DNA of 61,056 nt, taken from a virus. Positions 6,816-17,839 of the stretch are shown here, piece after piece (positions within the stretch are counted from its first letter, which is position 1; every line of letters begins with the position of its first letter). The translations under genes were made by a program, and so were the position numbers. The stretch spans positions 1-61,056 of IMG/VR virus record IMGVR_UViG_3300027498_000004, one strand, 5' to 3'. The notes beneath the pieces were generated by a model. The model made no database searches, was not told the origin of the DNA, and saw only the letters and a program-made list of their open reading frames with translations.

Positions 6816-9800
6816 ATGAAGGTATTTTTTGAGATTGAAATAGATGGTGCGGACCTTGCCGTTAATAATCTGCAGGAATTGCGGACGGTGATCAAGCGTC
6901 TAAACAAAGACTTCGAGAATGCAGAGAAGGGTACTCCAGAATTCACACGACTACAGAACAGCCTCGCTGAGGTAAAGCAAATCCAGTCAGGTGTCCGAGC
7001 AGAGACACGAAGGCTATCAAAGGAATTTGAGCGCACAAAGTTTCCAACAGGCTCCCTTCGAGAGCTGGAGCTGCGATATCAGAAGATCAGAAACGAAATA
7101 AAGAACTTATCCGCAGAGCAGAGGAACAGTAAGTTTGGGAGAGACCTAGTAAGGCAAGCCAAGACAGCAAGAAATGAGCTTAATACCATCAACCAATCGA
7201 TGGGAGATTTCCGTACAAATGTTGGTAACTACCAAAGCGCATGGAAGGGAGTTGGTAATCTACTTGCTGGAGGTCTGATCATTGGAGCATTGACTAAGGT
7301 AGGAGGAGCACTCAAGGATTTAGGAGTGGAGATGTTCAACCAGGCAGTACAGGCAGACACGCTATCTAGAAAGTCACTCATAGTATTAGGAGAATCATAC
7401 GATCAAGTTGCAGAAGCTGCTGCCGAGAATGCAACGGCACTTGGTATTACCAATCAGCAATATATCAACCAGGCTGCAAACATAGCAGATGTTCTTATAC
7501 CAATGGGCTTCCAAAGGCAGGCAGCAGCAGAGCTTTCTACTGACCTTGTGGATCTATCTGGCGCACTTGCGGAGTGGTCGGGTGGTACCAAGTCTGCCGA
7601 GGATGCACAGAATGCCTTAAAAGCTGCCCTCACAGGAGAAAGGGAGCAGTTGAAGCAGTATGGTATTGTCCTCAAAGAAGCCGATATAAGTGCACGTTTA
7701 TTAGAAAAGGGACTATCAGGCTTAACAGGACAGGCTCTTGAACAGGCGAAGGCACAGGCTACTCTGGAGCTAATAACAGAGAGGAGTGCAGATGCGCAGA
7801 CATCTTTCAATGAAAACTCTGATTCACTTATACGAACACAGGCAAGGCTTACAGCTTCATTCAATACCATCAAGGAGAGTATAGCAACAGCTTTGATTCC
7901 AGTATTCGGAGAGGCATTGAAGGTCGCAGAGCCATTTGCACAGTTTATATCTGATCAGTTACCAAGTGCGCTCAACTTCCTCAAGGATACCTTCGCTCCA
8001 GTAGGAGATGCAATATTCAATCTAATCGATGTTGTAAGGGGAGCAAATGAAGAGAGCAGCCTATACAGCGACACACTCGGAGCATTTGCCAGGGGAAGTC
8101 TCACGTTATTGGCTAATGTATTGTCCAGCGTGATCAATGGCGTGGCCCAATTTATAAGCTTCGTCAACGGAGCCACAGATGAGACTGGTAAATTCAGCGA
8201 TGAGGCTGGCTTCCTACAGAAGGCACTGGCGTCAGTATTTATAGGGATAAGCAACCTTCCTGCAGTATTCAATGGACTGGTTGAGGTGATAAAGAATAGT
8301 GGTACCATCGTCAGCAACTTTGCCAGGGGAGCATTACTCGAAACGCAGATACTTGTCAACAGTATAAAGGGATTAGTATCTCAAGAAGCCAAGGACCGAG
8401 CCGAAACCTTACGAGGACAGCTCCGAGATCTAAGGAGCAGTGGTCTATCTGCAGGGGCAGCATTTGCAAAGGGATTTGCTGAAGCTAAGGTCCAGGCAGA
8501 GAATACAGTTGCCGATGTACCTACTGCAACAGCAACCAGAACTAAGAAGACATACAACGATCTCGGTAAAGAGGCAGGCGAGTCATTCTCGGAGGGAGTA
8601 GAAACCACCACCAAGGAGAGCACCTCTGCATTCGATGTACTTAAAGAAGAAGCCAAAGGTCTCAAGGATGAGATCAAGGAGCTGGCAGCAACAGGCGGTG
8701 AGTATGGCGATGAACTGACCAGGCTAAACGAAATCACCGAGAAGCTCAACTCAATCAATGCTATATTCAAGAAGGATGCTAAGGATACCGAGGAGCAACT
8801 CAAACGAACGGTGGACCAGGTGCAGCGTCTTGACAGCTTGCCGATCACAGTAGATGCCAATGCACAGGCTTCGCCAGAGATACGAACCAACAGAAGGTCA
8901 CAGAATGCCTTAGATACCTTTAATCAGAATGTAGCTGCGGATCCAGACAACAGGGCACAGCTAGAGCAAGATCTACAAAGCGAGCTGACGAGAATAGCGA
9001 CAGAGGGACAGATTGAACGTCTGGAGCTGGACCTTCAAAGCTCTGGTCTTAGTATCGATGGGAGGATAGAGAAGGAATTGGAGCTCGCTAACCTAAGAAA
9101 GGATCTATCTGATCAGGAAGTTGCCAATGAACAGGTAAAGGCAGACAGGATTGCAGAGATAGACAAGAAGCGTATTACTCAGTTCCAGGAAGGATTAGAG
9201 CTGGCGAGTAGCTTTGCCGATAGCCTTGGACAGATACAGGAGGCAATATCGCAGAGAAGGATCAACCAGGTCAATGAGCAGTACGATGCAGAGCTCGCAG
9301 CAGCAGAAGGAAACGAGGAGGAGATTGCCAGGATTACTGAGGAGCGTGACGCCAGGATAGAGGAAATTGAAAGAGAAGCTTTCGAGAGAAACAAACGTCT
9401 GGCCATTGCGCAGGCATTGATCAACGGGGCACTTGCTGTGACTAACATTATCGCGACAGTTCCAAAGTTTGACTTCGGTATAGCCACTGCCATACAAGTA
9501 GCAGCAGCGGTCGCCTCCACAGCAGCACAGATAGCCACTATTGGTGCGACTAGCTTCAGTGAGCGTGGTAACCTTATTCCAGTAGATTCTATCACAGCAG
9601 AGAGGGGAGCCAGCGTCAAGGCAGGCACCTTCCTACAGGGTAAGAACCACAACCAGGGCAGGCGAGGGAATACAGGGATACGATTTATGTTTGGTGGTCG
9701 CTTAGTAGAGGCACAGAACGGAGAGTTTATGGACTTCGATGAATTCGGCAATCTTGGAATAGTAAACGCAACCAGCAGCCGAGTGCATAGAGCAAAGCTG

Positions 9801-10124
9801 CAGGGAGTAGCTGGCACATCGTTTCCTGGAAAGGGAAAGTTTATGAGCGATGTGAATAGTTGGGGTGGGCATGGTAAGGTCTTTGCTATGCAAGGGGCAC
9901 TGGTACCCAACTTGTCAGGAATAAGCCAACCAGGAGGGGGAGGTGGTACACAGAATATAACCATCAGACAGGAGTTTAGCGAGGAGCAATTCGTACAACT
10001 GGAGTCTACTATTGAGAGAGCAGTAGAGCGTGGTGCAATGGTAGGTACTGAGCGTGGCAATATAACTTCCAATAGAGAGATCGAACGGGATAATCAAGTT
10101 AACAATGTAATCAACGGGATATGA
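6816..10124 (+). CDS. tail tape measure protein
   Basis: 1102 aa, long Ala/Glu/Leu-rich coiled-coil-like sequence with a central hydrophobic/Gly-rich stretch. Followed by large tail genes. Confidence 0.8.
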   Translation: MKVFFEIEIDGADLAVNNLQELRTVIKRLNKDFENAEKGTPEFTRLQNSLAEVKQIQSGVRAETRRLSKEFERTKFPTGSLRELELRYQKIRNEIKNLSAEQRNSKFGRDLVRQAKTARNELNTINQSMGDFRTNVGNYQSAWKGVGNLLAGGLIIGALTKVGGALKDLGVEMFNQAVQADTLSRKSLIVLGESYDQVAEAAAENATALGITNQQYINQAANIADVLIPMGFQRQAAAELSTDLVDLSGALAEWSGGTKSAEDAQNALKAALTGEREQLKQYGIVLKEADISARLLEKGLSGLTGQALEQAKAQATLELITERSADAQTSFNENSDSLIRTQARLTASFNTIKESIATALIPVFGEALKVAEPFAQFISDQLPSALNFLKDTFAPVGDAIFNLIDVVRGANEESSLYSDTLGAFARGSLTLLANVLSSVINGVAQFISFVNGATDETGKFSDEAGFLQKALASVFIGISNLPAVFNGLVEVIKNSGTIVSNFARGALLETQILVNSIKGLVSQEAKDRAETLRGQLRDLRSSGLSAGAAFAKGFAEAKVQAENTVADVPTATATRTKKTYNDLGKEAGESFSEGVETTTKESTSAFDVLKEEAKGLKDEIKELAATGGEYGDELTRLNEITEKLNSINAIFKKDAKDTEEQLKRTVDQVQRLDSLPITVDANAQASPEIRTNRRSQNALDTFNQNVAADPDNRAQLEQDLQSELTRIATEGQIERLELDLQSSGLSIDGRIEKELELANLRKDLSDQEVANEQVKADRIAEIDKKRITQFQEGLELASSFADSLGQIQEAISQRRINQVNEQYDAELAAAEGNEEEIARITEERDARIEEIEREAFERNKRLAIAQALINGALAVTNIIATVPKFDFGIATAIQVAAAVASTAAQIATIGATSFSERGNLIPVDSITAERGASVKAGTFLQGKNHNQGRRGNTGIRFMFGGRLVEAQNGEFMDFDEFGNLGIVNATSSRVHRAKLQGVAGTSFPGKGKFMSDVNSWGGHGKVFAMQGALVPNLSGISQPGGGGGTQNITIRQEFSEEQFVQLESTIERAVERGAMVGTERGNITSNREIERDNQVNNVINGI

Positions 10125-10387
10125 CTTATACAGAAATAATGGATACAATTAAAAAAGCTATGGCAGACAAAGATGTTGATAAAATCGTGGGACTGATCAA
10201 CCATACCAACAGGAGTACCATTGATCGCCACAGGCTTGCGGAGTCCAATAGAAACAGGAGATACATTGACCTCCAGAAGAAGTTCAAGTTCCTGGACGGC
10301 AAAGACTTTGAAGAGATGGATAAGATATTCAACTCGGGTTTATCTAAGGATGAAATTGAGAGAGAACTTGGCAAGATTAAAAAGTAA
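10121..10387 (+). CDS. hypothetical protein (88 aa)
   Basis: ATGA overlap with the tape measure stop. Confidence 0.7.
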   Translation: MTYTEIMDTIKKAMADKDVDKIVGLINHTNRSTIDRHRLAESNRNRRYIDLQKKFKFLDGKDFEEMDKIFNSGLSKDEIERELGKIKK

Positions 10388-11988
10388 TGATAGCACAGAC
10401 AGAACAATTACAAACGATACCATATCCAGTCAACGGATGTATACAGATGAAGTTCCAAGCGGATGATTTTCTAATATATCCAGGGGATGCTGCTTCGGTA
10501 TGCTTTCTATTTGAAAACAACCAGCCGAATCCTCCAGGGCTTATATTCGAGATGCTAGAGATACAGTATTCGACCGATGTCGCTACGACAAACAATACTG
10601 TAGACTTATCCTCCAATAGTAGCTTAGTAAATGCGGTGGAGTTTCTTAATATGTTAGAGTCTAATTTCCTATGGAAGGATTACGATATCGAGCTGATGCC
10701 TGCAGGTAATGGCTGGATGGTATGCCTTACAAACTGTGAGGTGGGTATCATTAACAACTGGTTCTTTGATTTTACAGAGTTTGAAAACCCACCAACGCTT
10801 TCTGGTACCACAGGAAACGACCTCAATAGCATATCAGGATATAATGTCTGGTACCAGCTTTATTGTATCGATGAAGATGGAAAGAAAGTGCCTGTTTGTA
10901 ATACTCCAGATTGCATTGCTCCCTTCGTTAAGGATGGTGAAGTACTACCAATATGTGTCGACTTCTCGGAGGATATAAAGAGCTTGATGGGTATAGAGTG
11001 CCCGTTCTTGGGATGCGGACCAATACTACAGGATGCCTTCAAGAAGGAGTTTTGTGTGAAGTACGGAAACTTCCAGGATGATATAAATACCGAATGCGGA
11101 CGACAGGCTGGCCCTGTATTTGAAACCTCGAACTTTACCGTTCAGAATTCAGTAATACGCATCGATGACACAAAGGATCTATCAGCCTATGGATTTGAGC
11201 CAGGAGTACCATTGGAGTTCCTAACAATTGCACCAGATACAATTCTATACTGCAAGAACACATGCCAGTTCTTAACAATATGCTTAGATGTACAGGCATT
11301 CTATCAGTTCCCATTTGGAGCTGAGGTCACATACTTTGCTAATACAAACTACTATGGACCAGATGGAAATGTAATATCTTTTTGTACACACTCCTTCCAG
11401 GGGGACGGAGTGTATACCCTGCCAGTCAACCAGCAGATAGATTGTCCAGCCGATGCCTGTGAGATATGCTATCAGATAGTCGCAAGGGTGGACTTTGGGC
11501 CATTCCTCGGTGGAGCTTTTGAATTAGAAGTAACAGAGGAGTTCTGCATTAAGATAGCACCGAACTGCTGCTGTGATTCGGAGATATTATTCCTGGACGA
11601 CCTTGGTTCATTCCCATCGATACCTTTCTGCATAAAGACAGAGGACATCGATGTACAGCAGACGGAGATTTGTGTTGACATCCCTTGCGGATCTATTGGG
11701 GAGCGATTAACAAAGGGTGGGAAGTCCCTTACTAATACAAAAGCGATCGAGAGGATATCATTGGAATCGGATTGGTTTCCAAGAAGGAAAGAAGAGAAGA
11801 TATTTTTAAAGTCCTTCAAGAAGAGTGAGGTCAAGTTGATCAAGCACTGCGATGTGGACGGCAATGTAGTCCTTAAGAAGTTCTTAGTTGAGCCAGGAGG
11901 ATGCCGAGTATATCAAAAGTCTGGAAAGATCAAAGTGGAAGTGAACGGATACTTACATCATGAATTACCTGCGCAGTCAATTATATGA
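10387..11988 (+). CDS. Cys-rich tail structural protein (distal tail/baseplate position)
   Basis: 533 aa directly after the tape measure module; many Cys. Function inferred from position only. Confidence 0.7.
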   Translation: MIAQTEQLQTIPYPVNGCIQMKFQADDFLIYPGDAASVCFLFENNQPNPPGLIFEMLEIQYSTDVATTNNTVDLSSNSSLVNAVEFLNMLESNFLWKDYDIELMPAGNGWMVCLTNCEVGIINNWFFDFTEFENPPTLSGTTGNDLNSISGYNVWYQLYCIDEDGKKVPVCNTPDCIAPFVKDGEVLPICVDFSEDIKSLMGIECPFLGCGPILQDAFKKEFCVKYGNFQDDINTECGRQAGPVFETSNFTVQNSVIRIDDTKDLSAYGFEPGVPLEFLTIAPDTILYCKNTCQFLTICLDVQAFYQFPFGAEVTYFANTNYYGPDGNVISFCTHSFQGDGVYTLPVNQQIDCPADACEICYQIVARVDFGPFLGGAFELEVTEEFCIKIAPNCCCDSEILFLDDLGSFPSIPFCIKTEDIDVQQTEICVDIPCGSIGERLTKGGKSLTNTKAIERISLESDWFPRRKEEKIFLKSFKKSEVKLIKHCDVDGNVVLKKFLVEPGGCRVYQKSGKIKVEVNGYLHHELPAQSII

Positions 11989-14621
11989 GTTTTTGCATCA
12001 AAATATATGCGAGGCAATGTCCTCCTTGTTTACCATCTACTGCATACGATGCTGAAGGCAGAGTATGCCTGGACACCTTTCCAACAGAGCGATACAGTAA
12101 GTCTAAAACTGTAACCGAGCTGAGTGAATTCGGAAAGCTAAAGTCCTCAACGGTAAGGCAGTTCTCTTTGCCAGCGACAGCCAGAAACAAAGCGATACTA
12201 AAAAGCTATGGAAGCGTGACGGCACTAAACTTCGATAACTTCACCCTGGTACCAGTAACAGTATTTGAGGGATCAAGTGTGGCGCAGGAGATCTATCTAT
12301 CTATCAATAAAAAGCAGAACACCTTTGATCGATGGACTGTAAGCCTTACCAGTGGCGGTGAGGAGTGGATCGATGGGATTGGTAACTGCTATCTGTGTGA
12401 TATACCGAACCTTGGTTTATTCGAACTTACCAAGGAGAATATTAGAGATACTTGGCTGGCTGATAGTGATAACTCTAATCCTGTGAGTGGAGCCCTATAT
12501 CAAGATGGGGATGATGGGATAGTATGGCCATTGATACACTATGGAGGATGGACAGTCCCCGCAGTATATGATGAGGATACAGGCGAGATTATCAGTCCAA
12601 CTTATACAACGGCACCCGACTTTAGACCATGGATCTACTTACTCAAGATTTTACAGGAAGGATTCTGCAAGCTGGGATATAAGCTAAAGGCACCAATATT
12701 TGAGACTGAATGGGGGAGGAGATTGATAATCTATGCTCTTGATGATGTTACATCATTACAGAATGAAAAGGAAATATTAAATGTAGGGTTTACGCCGCCA
12801 ACCGCGGTAACCGTTACAGATCAAAATTTTATTGCCTTTAATAATAACTTTCAAACTGTATTTGCTTGGCTTATACCCTTTGCAAATGAAAGCGCACCAT
12901 TTTTTGATGCCGCCGCATCGATTGGGGAAGGCTATTATAATACAACCAATAATTGTGTTGAGAATATTGCTGGAATATATTGCTTTGAAGTTTGTATGGA
13001 TATAGTCAGTACTAATCCAGGAGGCGAGGACATTGTTATTTGGTTAACGGTTGACGATCCATCCGTAGGAGGCACGGAGGCAATACCAAGCACCTTTATT
13101 AAAATCAATGAGGGCTTAAATGAAAACGTTTGTTTTACATTTGAAAACGTTAAGATAAACATGGGCGATATCGTAAAATTATCGGTACAATTCCCGTCTC
13201 TTGAAACAACGTTTAACTTTCCTGTTGTAAATGGCGGTAGCCTAAGTGTTGTACAAAAATCAATTACTTATCAGGAGGGCATAATACTTGATATTGCAAG
13301 TTTATTAGATTGCACCTGTACCCTTGAGGATATACTAGCTGGAGCTTTGCACCTAATTGGAAAAGGGAAGATACAAACGGATCACCTTAGTAGAACAGTA
13401 TGCATCTATCCTCCAGAAACTATAAAGACTCCAAGGAGCCGAGGTGGAAGCGAGATTACAGAAGGCTACTTCCTACCAAAGACGCAGGCTATTGATATGC
13501 GCGATAAGATTATAAAGAATAGTGAATGCGTAACTATATCCAAGGAGGGAAGGAATAGATTCCTGCGCTTATGCTTTAATGATAATGACGACTACTTAGA
13601 GTCACAAGGTTTCGGTGATGGGAATAAACCATACAGCTCAACCAATGACCTGGGGGATGATAATGGATTCGTAAACGATACGGATGATGATTGCAATCCT
13701 ACCTTTGATGCAACGGGGACGATCATTGCTGATGATATAAACCTCACCAATGACGAATCAAACAGCATCGAGATACCAGCTCTATGGGATAACACTGACA
13801 ATGAGATATCCTGGGACTTAGGAAAGAGAATATTGGTATATCAGGGATACACCTCTCAGCGAGGGCTTCCAGATCCGCAAGATGATAATGTAGGATTTAA
13901 CTTCTGGTCCTGCGAGAGTACTCCTGGAGGACTTATATCAACACAGACAGAGGCTCCGATCGCATACCATGAAAGTGAGTATGAGTACTGGTTCGGCAAT
14001 ACAAATGATCTATCAGTTACATACGCAGATAACGATTCCTTTTCACAGCTAAACTTTTATGAACGGGAGCTCTTGAACTTACTAAGAGGATTGATGAGCG
14101 AGTATCTATTCCTTTTAAATAACTGTGATTACAGAGACATTGATTTCAGAAAGGCATTCTATTTTGAATATGCAGGAAAGCCGTTGTATTTCTGGCCATC
14201 CCAGATAAAGGACTTTAGATCTTGTGAAAATATACCCACTCCAGTTATTGGATATCCTGAGAATAAACAGCTGGTTATCTGTCCAAAGATCAATCTACCA
14301 CCTTACTGCAGTAGATCAGCATTTGCAGTTGAAGGAGATGCTTGCGAATACTTAACATTTAGTAATGGAGCATTTGTAAGCCAAATATTTACTTCAAATG
14401 GAGTTATACAGGGTAGCCAAGTTGATTTAATATTTCCAGACTTATGCGTAAGGTTGAATAATATGTTAGGAGGATTATGGACAAATCAATCGGAAGGATT
14501 CTTTAATTATCTGCATTATCAAGGTCCAGTAGTAGTTCAGCAAATAGTACTTGCAATACCACTTATAAACGGCGAAGTATTTGAAATTATAATACCAATG
14601 GAGCAAGCAGAGTGCCCGTAA
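11985..14621 (+). CDS. large tail tip/host-interaction structural protein
   Basis: 878 aa, 4-nt overlap with the previous tail gene. Function inferred from position only. Confidence 0.7.
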   Translation: MSFCIKIYARQCPPCLPSTAYDAEGRVCLDTFPTERYSKSKTVTELSEFGKLKSSTVRQFSLPATARNKAILKSYGSVTALNFDNFTLVPVTVFEGSSVAQEIYLSINKKQNTFDRWTVSLTSGGEEWIDGIGNCYLCDIPNLGLFELTKENIRDTWLADSDNSNPVSGALYQDGDDGIVWPLIHYGGWTVPAVYDEDTGEIISPTYTTAPDFRPWIYLLKILQEGFCKLGYKLKAPIFETEWGRRLIIYALDDVTSLQNEKEILNVGFTPPTAVTVTDQNFIAFNNNFQTVFAWLIPFANESAPFFDAAASIGEGYYNTTNNCVENIAGIYCFEVCMDIVSTNPGGEDIVIWLTVDDPSVGGTEAIPSTFIKINEGLNENVCFTFENVKINMGDIVKLSVQFPSLETTFNFPVVNGGSLSVVQKSITYQEGIILDIASLLDCTCTLEDILAGALHLIGKGKIQTDHLSRTVCIYPPETIKTPRSRGGSEITEGYFLPKTQAIDMRDKIIKNSECVTISKEGRNRFLRLCFNDNDDYLESQGFGDGNKPYSSTNDLGDDNGFVNDTDDDCNPTFDATGTIIADDINLTNDESNSIEIPALWDNTDNEISWDLGKRILVYQGYTSQRGLPDPQDDNVGFNFWSCESTPGGLISTQTEAPIAYHESEYEYWFGNTNDLSVTYADNDSFSQLNFYERELLNLLRGLMSEYLFLLNNCDYRDIDFRKAFYFEYAGKPLYFWPSQIKDFRSCENIPTPVIGYPENKQLVICPKINLPPYCSRSAFAVEGDACEYLTFSNGAFVSQIFTSNGVIQGSQVDLIFPDLCVRLNNMLGGLWTNQSEGFFNYLHYQGPVVVQQIVLAIPLINGEVFEIIIPMEQAECP

Positions 14622-14631
14622 ATAAAAAGAT

Positions 14632-14835
14632 ATGTATCTATTTGAAAGAATACCCAAGGCAAAATACAACGAGGTTCTATTTGCAGTCAAGAACAGGAAC
14701 TACACCTGGCTTAAGAATATCTGTGAGAAGCACGATGTTATTCCAGAGAGCTGCGGTGGCTGTGGCTCCAATAGAGTGGACTTCTGGAACTGGTTTGATT
14801 GGGCAGTAAGTGAAAAGATATTCAATGAGAGGTGA
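14632..14835 (+). CDS. hypothetical protein (67 aa, CGGCG motif)
   Basis: ATG ORF 10 nt after the previous stop. Confidence 0.6.
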   Translation: MYLFERIPKAKYNEVLFAVKNRNYTWLKNICEKHDVIPESCGGCGSNRVDFWNWFDWAVSEKIFNER

Positions 14836-15097
14836 AATTAACCTGATTACAAGAAAGCATAAATGGATCGTTCGAGTGTTCAATTTGAATACTGGACTGG
14901 AAGTAGACTGCGTCAGTAAGATTCCTGCCAAGGCTCTCGAGTACTGGATGAACATGCCTTTCGAGTCAATAGTCACACCGTTTGTAAAGCTTCGAATCGG
15001 GCAGGGGGATTCAATAGAACAGATATCAGACAACTATGATTTAGAGTTCCACAAGGTCCGCAGGATCCGCAAAAACCTCCTTTCTGGAAAAAAGTAA
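14825..15097 (+). CDS. hypothetical protein (possible small HTH protein; alternative GTG start at 14810)
   Basis: ORF-track frame. The C-terminal DSIEQISDNYDLEFHKVRRIRKNL segment is HTH-like. Confidence 0.55.
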   Translation: MRGEINLITRKHKWIVRVFNLNTGLEVDCVSKIPAKALEYWMNMPFESIVTPFVKLRIGQGDSIEQISDNYDLEFHKVRRIRKNLLSGKK

Positions 15098-15188
15098 TAT
15101 GTCAATTCTAACATATCATATCAATTCCAATTAGAATATTTTATTACGAGTCCGTTATTATTGTCGTAGATAAATGACAAAGTAGTTT

Positions 15189-16307
15189 ATGCTTAAGAAA
15201 GTTGGAACGTTCAAAATCACTGATGAATCACTAGATAGACACTCTGAAAGAGTACTTGTTAGTGGGATTGACTTAGAGAACTTCAAAGCAAATCCGATAC
15301 TACTCTACAATCATCACCGAGCAAGAAGCTGGGATGATGGGGAAAGTAAAAAGATACTTCCAATAGGACGATGGGACAATATAGTCAAGACAGGAGAGGC
15401 AGTTTACGCAGATGCTTATATCGATACTGAGGATGAACTCGGTGCAGAAGTAGCAAGAAAGGTGGAACTGGGAATACTCCAAGCAGCGTCAATAGGATTT
15501 AGAGCCTATGCCTGGTCAGATGAAGATGCAGACAAAGTTGTCGGTCAAAAAGGTTACACCATAACCAGTTCAGAGATTAGAGAGGTTTCGATTGTAGATA
15601 TACCAAGCAATCCAAACGCTTTAATTAGTGCAAAAATGGCAATCAAGTCCTTGGATGAGGACACGACTAAAGAAAAGAACAATTTTGATCTCTACAGGAG
15701 AGGTTCTCTAGTCACAAAACAAGCACCAAAGCCTAAAGAAGAAGAGGCTATCAATAAAAATTCAAAATCAAAAATCACTGATATGTTTAAGGATTCAGTT
15801 ATCAAATTTCTAAACGAAAACTTCGGAACAAGCTTCAAAACTACTGACTCAGACGAGGATTTAGCAAAAGGAGTAAATGACCTGCCAACAGTTGAGTCTA
15901 TTACCAACAAAGCAATTGAAGAGAAGGAAGCACAGATGAAGAAGGATATCACCGAGTCTATCAATGGCGACCAGGAGAAGAAGATCAACGACTTGCAGAA
16001 GTCATTCGAGGATAAGCTGACAGCAATGCAGAAGTCACTTGATACTTTGAAAGGTTCTCAAGAAACAGACGAAGAGAAAGCAGCAAGAATAGAAAAGGAG
16101 AAGACAGCAGAGGCAGCAAAAGAAACTGCTATTGAAAAGCAAATCAAGGACTTACAGAAGCAATTGGCAGAGCACAAGGGCGATTCTACTGAGCCAGACA
16201 CCAATGGTAAAACTGCAGGTGGAGATTCAATCAAAGGAGTGATCAATGGTATCGCTGACATGGAGGTTGAGTTTGCTTTTGAAACATACGAGGAGGACGG
16301 CAAGTAA
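15189..16307 (+). CDS. HK97-family prohead serine protease fused to a scaffold-like coiled-coil C-terminal half
   Basis: NPILLYNHH...LPIGRW...ASIGF...REVSIVDIPSNPNAL (S78-like), then a ~200-aa K/E-rich coiled-coil region. Confidence 0.8.
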   Translation: MLKKVGTFKITDESLDRHSERVLVSGIDLENFKANPILLYNHHRARSWDDGESKKILPIGRWDNIVKTGEAVYADAYIDTEDELGAEVARKVELGILQAASIGFRAYAWSDEDADKVVGQKGYTITSSEIREVSIVDIPSNPNALISAKMAIKSLDEDTTKEKNNFDLYRRGSLVTKQAPKPKEEEAINKNSKSKITDMFKDSVIKFLNENFGTSFKTTDSDEDLAKGVNDLPTVESITNKAIEEKEAQMKKDITESINGDQEKKINDLQKSFEDKLTAMQKSLDTLKGSQETDEEKAARIEKEKTAEAAKETAIEKQIKDLQKQLAEHKGDSTEPDTNGKTAGGDSIKGVINGIADMEVEFAFETYEEDGK

Positions 16308-16374
16308 GATCCTTTACACTAGACAAGAAACATTATTTTTTAAATACATCTAAGAACTTCTAATATACACCAAT

Positions 16375-17589
16375 ATGAGTTTATTGAAACTTAAGCCGAA
16401 TTTTAATCGAATCAATCGATCTTTGGCATTTCCAGCAAAACAGCTTAACTATATCTTAGAGGAAAGCGTAGTTGATAAATTTTCATTTTATCAAGCATTC
16501 TTCATGGTCTACTCTTTCATGAAGTTGACCGAAGATCTAAAGCATAAAATCTTTAGTGTAAGTTCAAATCCATTTGTATGGCAGGCGCACGATTCTTGCA
16601 ACTGGTCTCCAATGGGTAACGCTCAAATTGGTGAGCAAGAGATATCACCTTGTAAGGCTAAGGTCAACGATGAGTGGTGTTATGACGAACTATTCAAATC
16701 ATGCTTCTCACACTTCCTTAAGTGGGGAACTGGTAATACGGTTTCACTTGGACCAGAAGGTAGACGCTTAGTCAACATCATGGTTCGACAGATGATCCAG
16801 AACATGGTTGTCGGTGCAAGACTTACTTTGACAGTAGGTAAGCTGTATGACTATGATAAATTGAAGGGATACTTCAAGACTGGTGTAACTGGTGATATGA
16901 AAGCAGCATTTGCAAAGACAATGGGTACTTGTCGCGGATGGGTGGAACTTGCGAAGGAGCAAGCACTTAAGCCAGGATATGAGCACTTGAATTGCAAGGA
17001 GATTCTTACTAAGGATATGTTCAATGGTAAGAAGTTCATGGGCAAAGTTGTTGAAGATGTATTCGATAAATTGAGAGGCAAGTGTCTTCCAGAGCTTCAG
17101 TGCTTACTTGACGAAGGTGGTGTGCCAGACGTGCAAGGATTGACAATGTCGCCTTTGTTATTAGTATCACAAAGTATCTATTCTGCAGTTGCAGAGGAAT
17201 ATAGAAAGATGTGTGTTTCTGTTACTTGTATCAATCCTCGTATTGAGAGAAAGGCAGTGAGCTGGAACGGACGTCAATACAATGTATACTATATCGATGG
17301 TGTACCTGTAATTCCAATTTCAGACATTAACTGCTATGATTCATACTTGACTGGATCTACTCACTTAGCTGTTCTTACAGTAAGCGGTAACATCAACATG
17401 GGAGCATCGTTTGCGAATCTTCCAACGATTGATCGTCCAGGTATGGGTGTGAGAATCCAGCAGCACACAGACAATGATAAGTATGGTAAGTATTCATTCT
17501 TATCACACGCATTGTTTAGTACTGCAATCGCGAATCACAAGCTTTTCGCTGGTACGCAGATATTCTGTGCACCGAAGAAGGCAGCATAA
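16375..17589 (+). CDS. major capsid protein (by position and size)
   Basis: 404-aa ORF immediately downstream of the protease-scaffold gene. Confidence 0.6.
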   Translation: MSLLKLKPNFNRINRSLAFPAKQLNYILEESVVDKFSFYQAFFMVYSFMKLTEDLKHKIFSVSSNPFVWQAHDSCNWSPMGNAQIGEQEISPCKAKVNDEWCYDELFKSCFSHFLKWGTGNTVSLGPEGRRLVNIMVRQMIQNMVVGARLTLTVGKLYDYDKLKGYFKTGVTGDMKAAFAKTMGTCRGWVELAKEQALKPGYEHLNCKEILTKDMFNGKKFMGKVVEDVFDKLRGKCLPELQCLLDEGGVPDVQGLTMSPLLLVSQSIYSAVAEEYRKMCVSVTCINPRIERKAVSWNGRQYNVYYIDGVPVIPISDINCYDSYLTGSTHLAVLTVSGNINMGASFANLPTIDRPGMGVRIQQHTDNDKYGKYSFLSHALFSTAIANHKLFAGTQIFCAPKKAA

Positions 17590-17617
17590 ATATTAAGGAT
17601 TACTAAATAAAATCACA

Positions 17618-17809
17618 ATGAAAGTTACAAAGATCAACAAGGACTACAAGATGGTGAAATATACATCTCCTGCGAAGGGTGGCAAATGTATTGCTGTGGT
17701 CCCAACGGATAACAAAGGTATTGCTGGTGCGATCTTCAATGAGGTCATTGGTAATGGCAAATCCGAAAAAGAAATTGTAGACGCTGCGAAAGAAGCTGCG
17801 AAAGCATAA
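17618..17809 (+). CDS. hypothetical small head-module protein (63 aa)
   Basis: ORF track; follows the capsid gene. Confidence 0.6.
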   Translation: MKVTKINKDYKMVKYTSPAKGGKCIAVVPTDNKGIAGAIFNEVIGNGKSEKEIVDAAKEAAKA

Positions 17810-17839
17810 ATTAAATTACTCACTGCAAATCTGTAAAAT

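Noticed and set aside
6467-7036. 189-aa minus-strand ORF spanning the 6288 gene and the tape measure gene start.
   Set aside because: It overlaps two well-supported + strand genes and has no independent signal.
9179-10072. 297-aa minus-strand ORF, plus several others at 7454-7873, 7955-8359 and 8381-8890.
   Set aside because: They lie antisense inside the tape measure gene. Their Ser/Ala/Leu-rich low-complexity translations are typical shadow ORFs of a GC-richer, codon-biased region. No promoter or neighbouring minus-strand genes are present.
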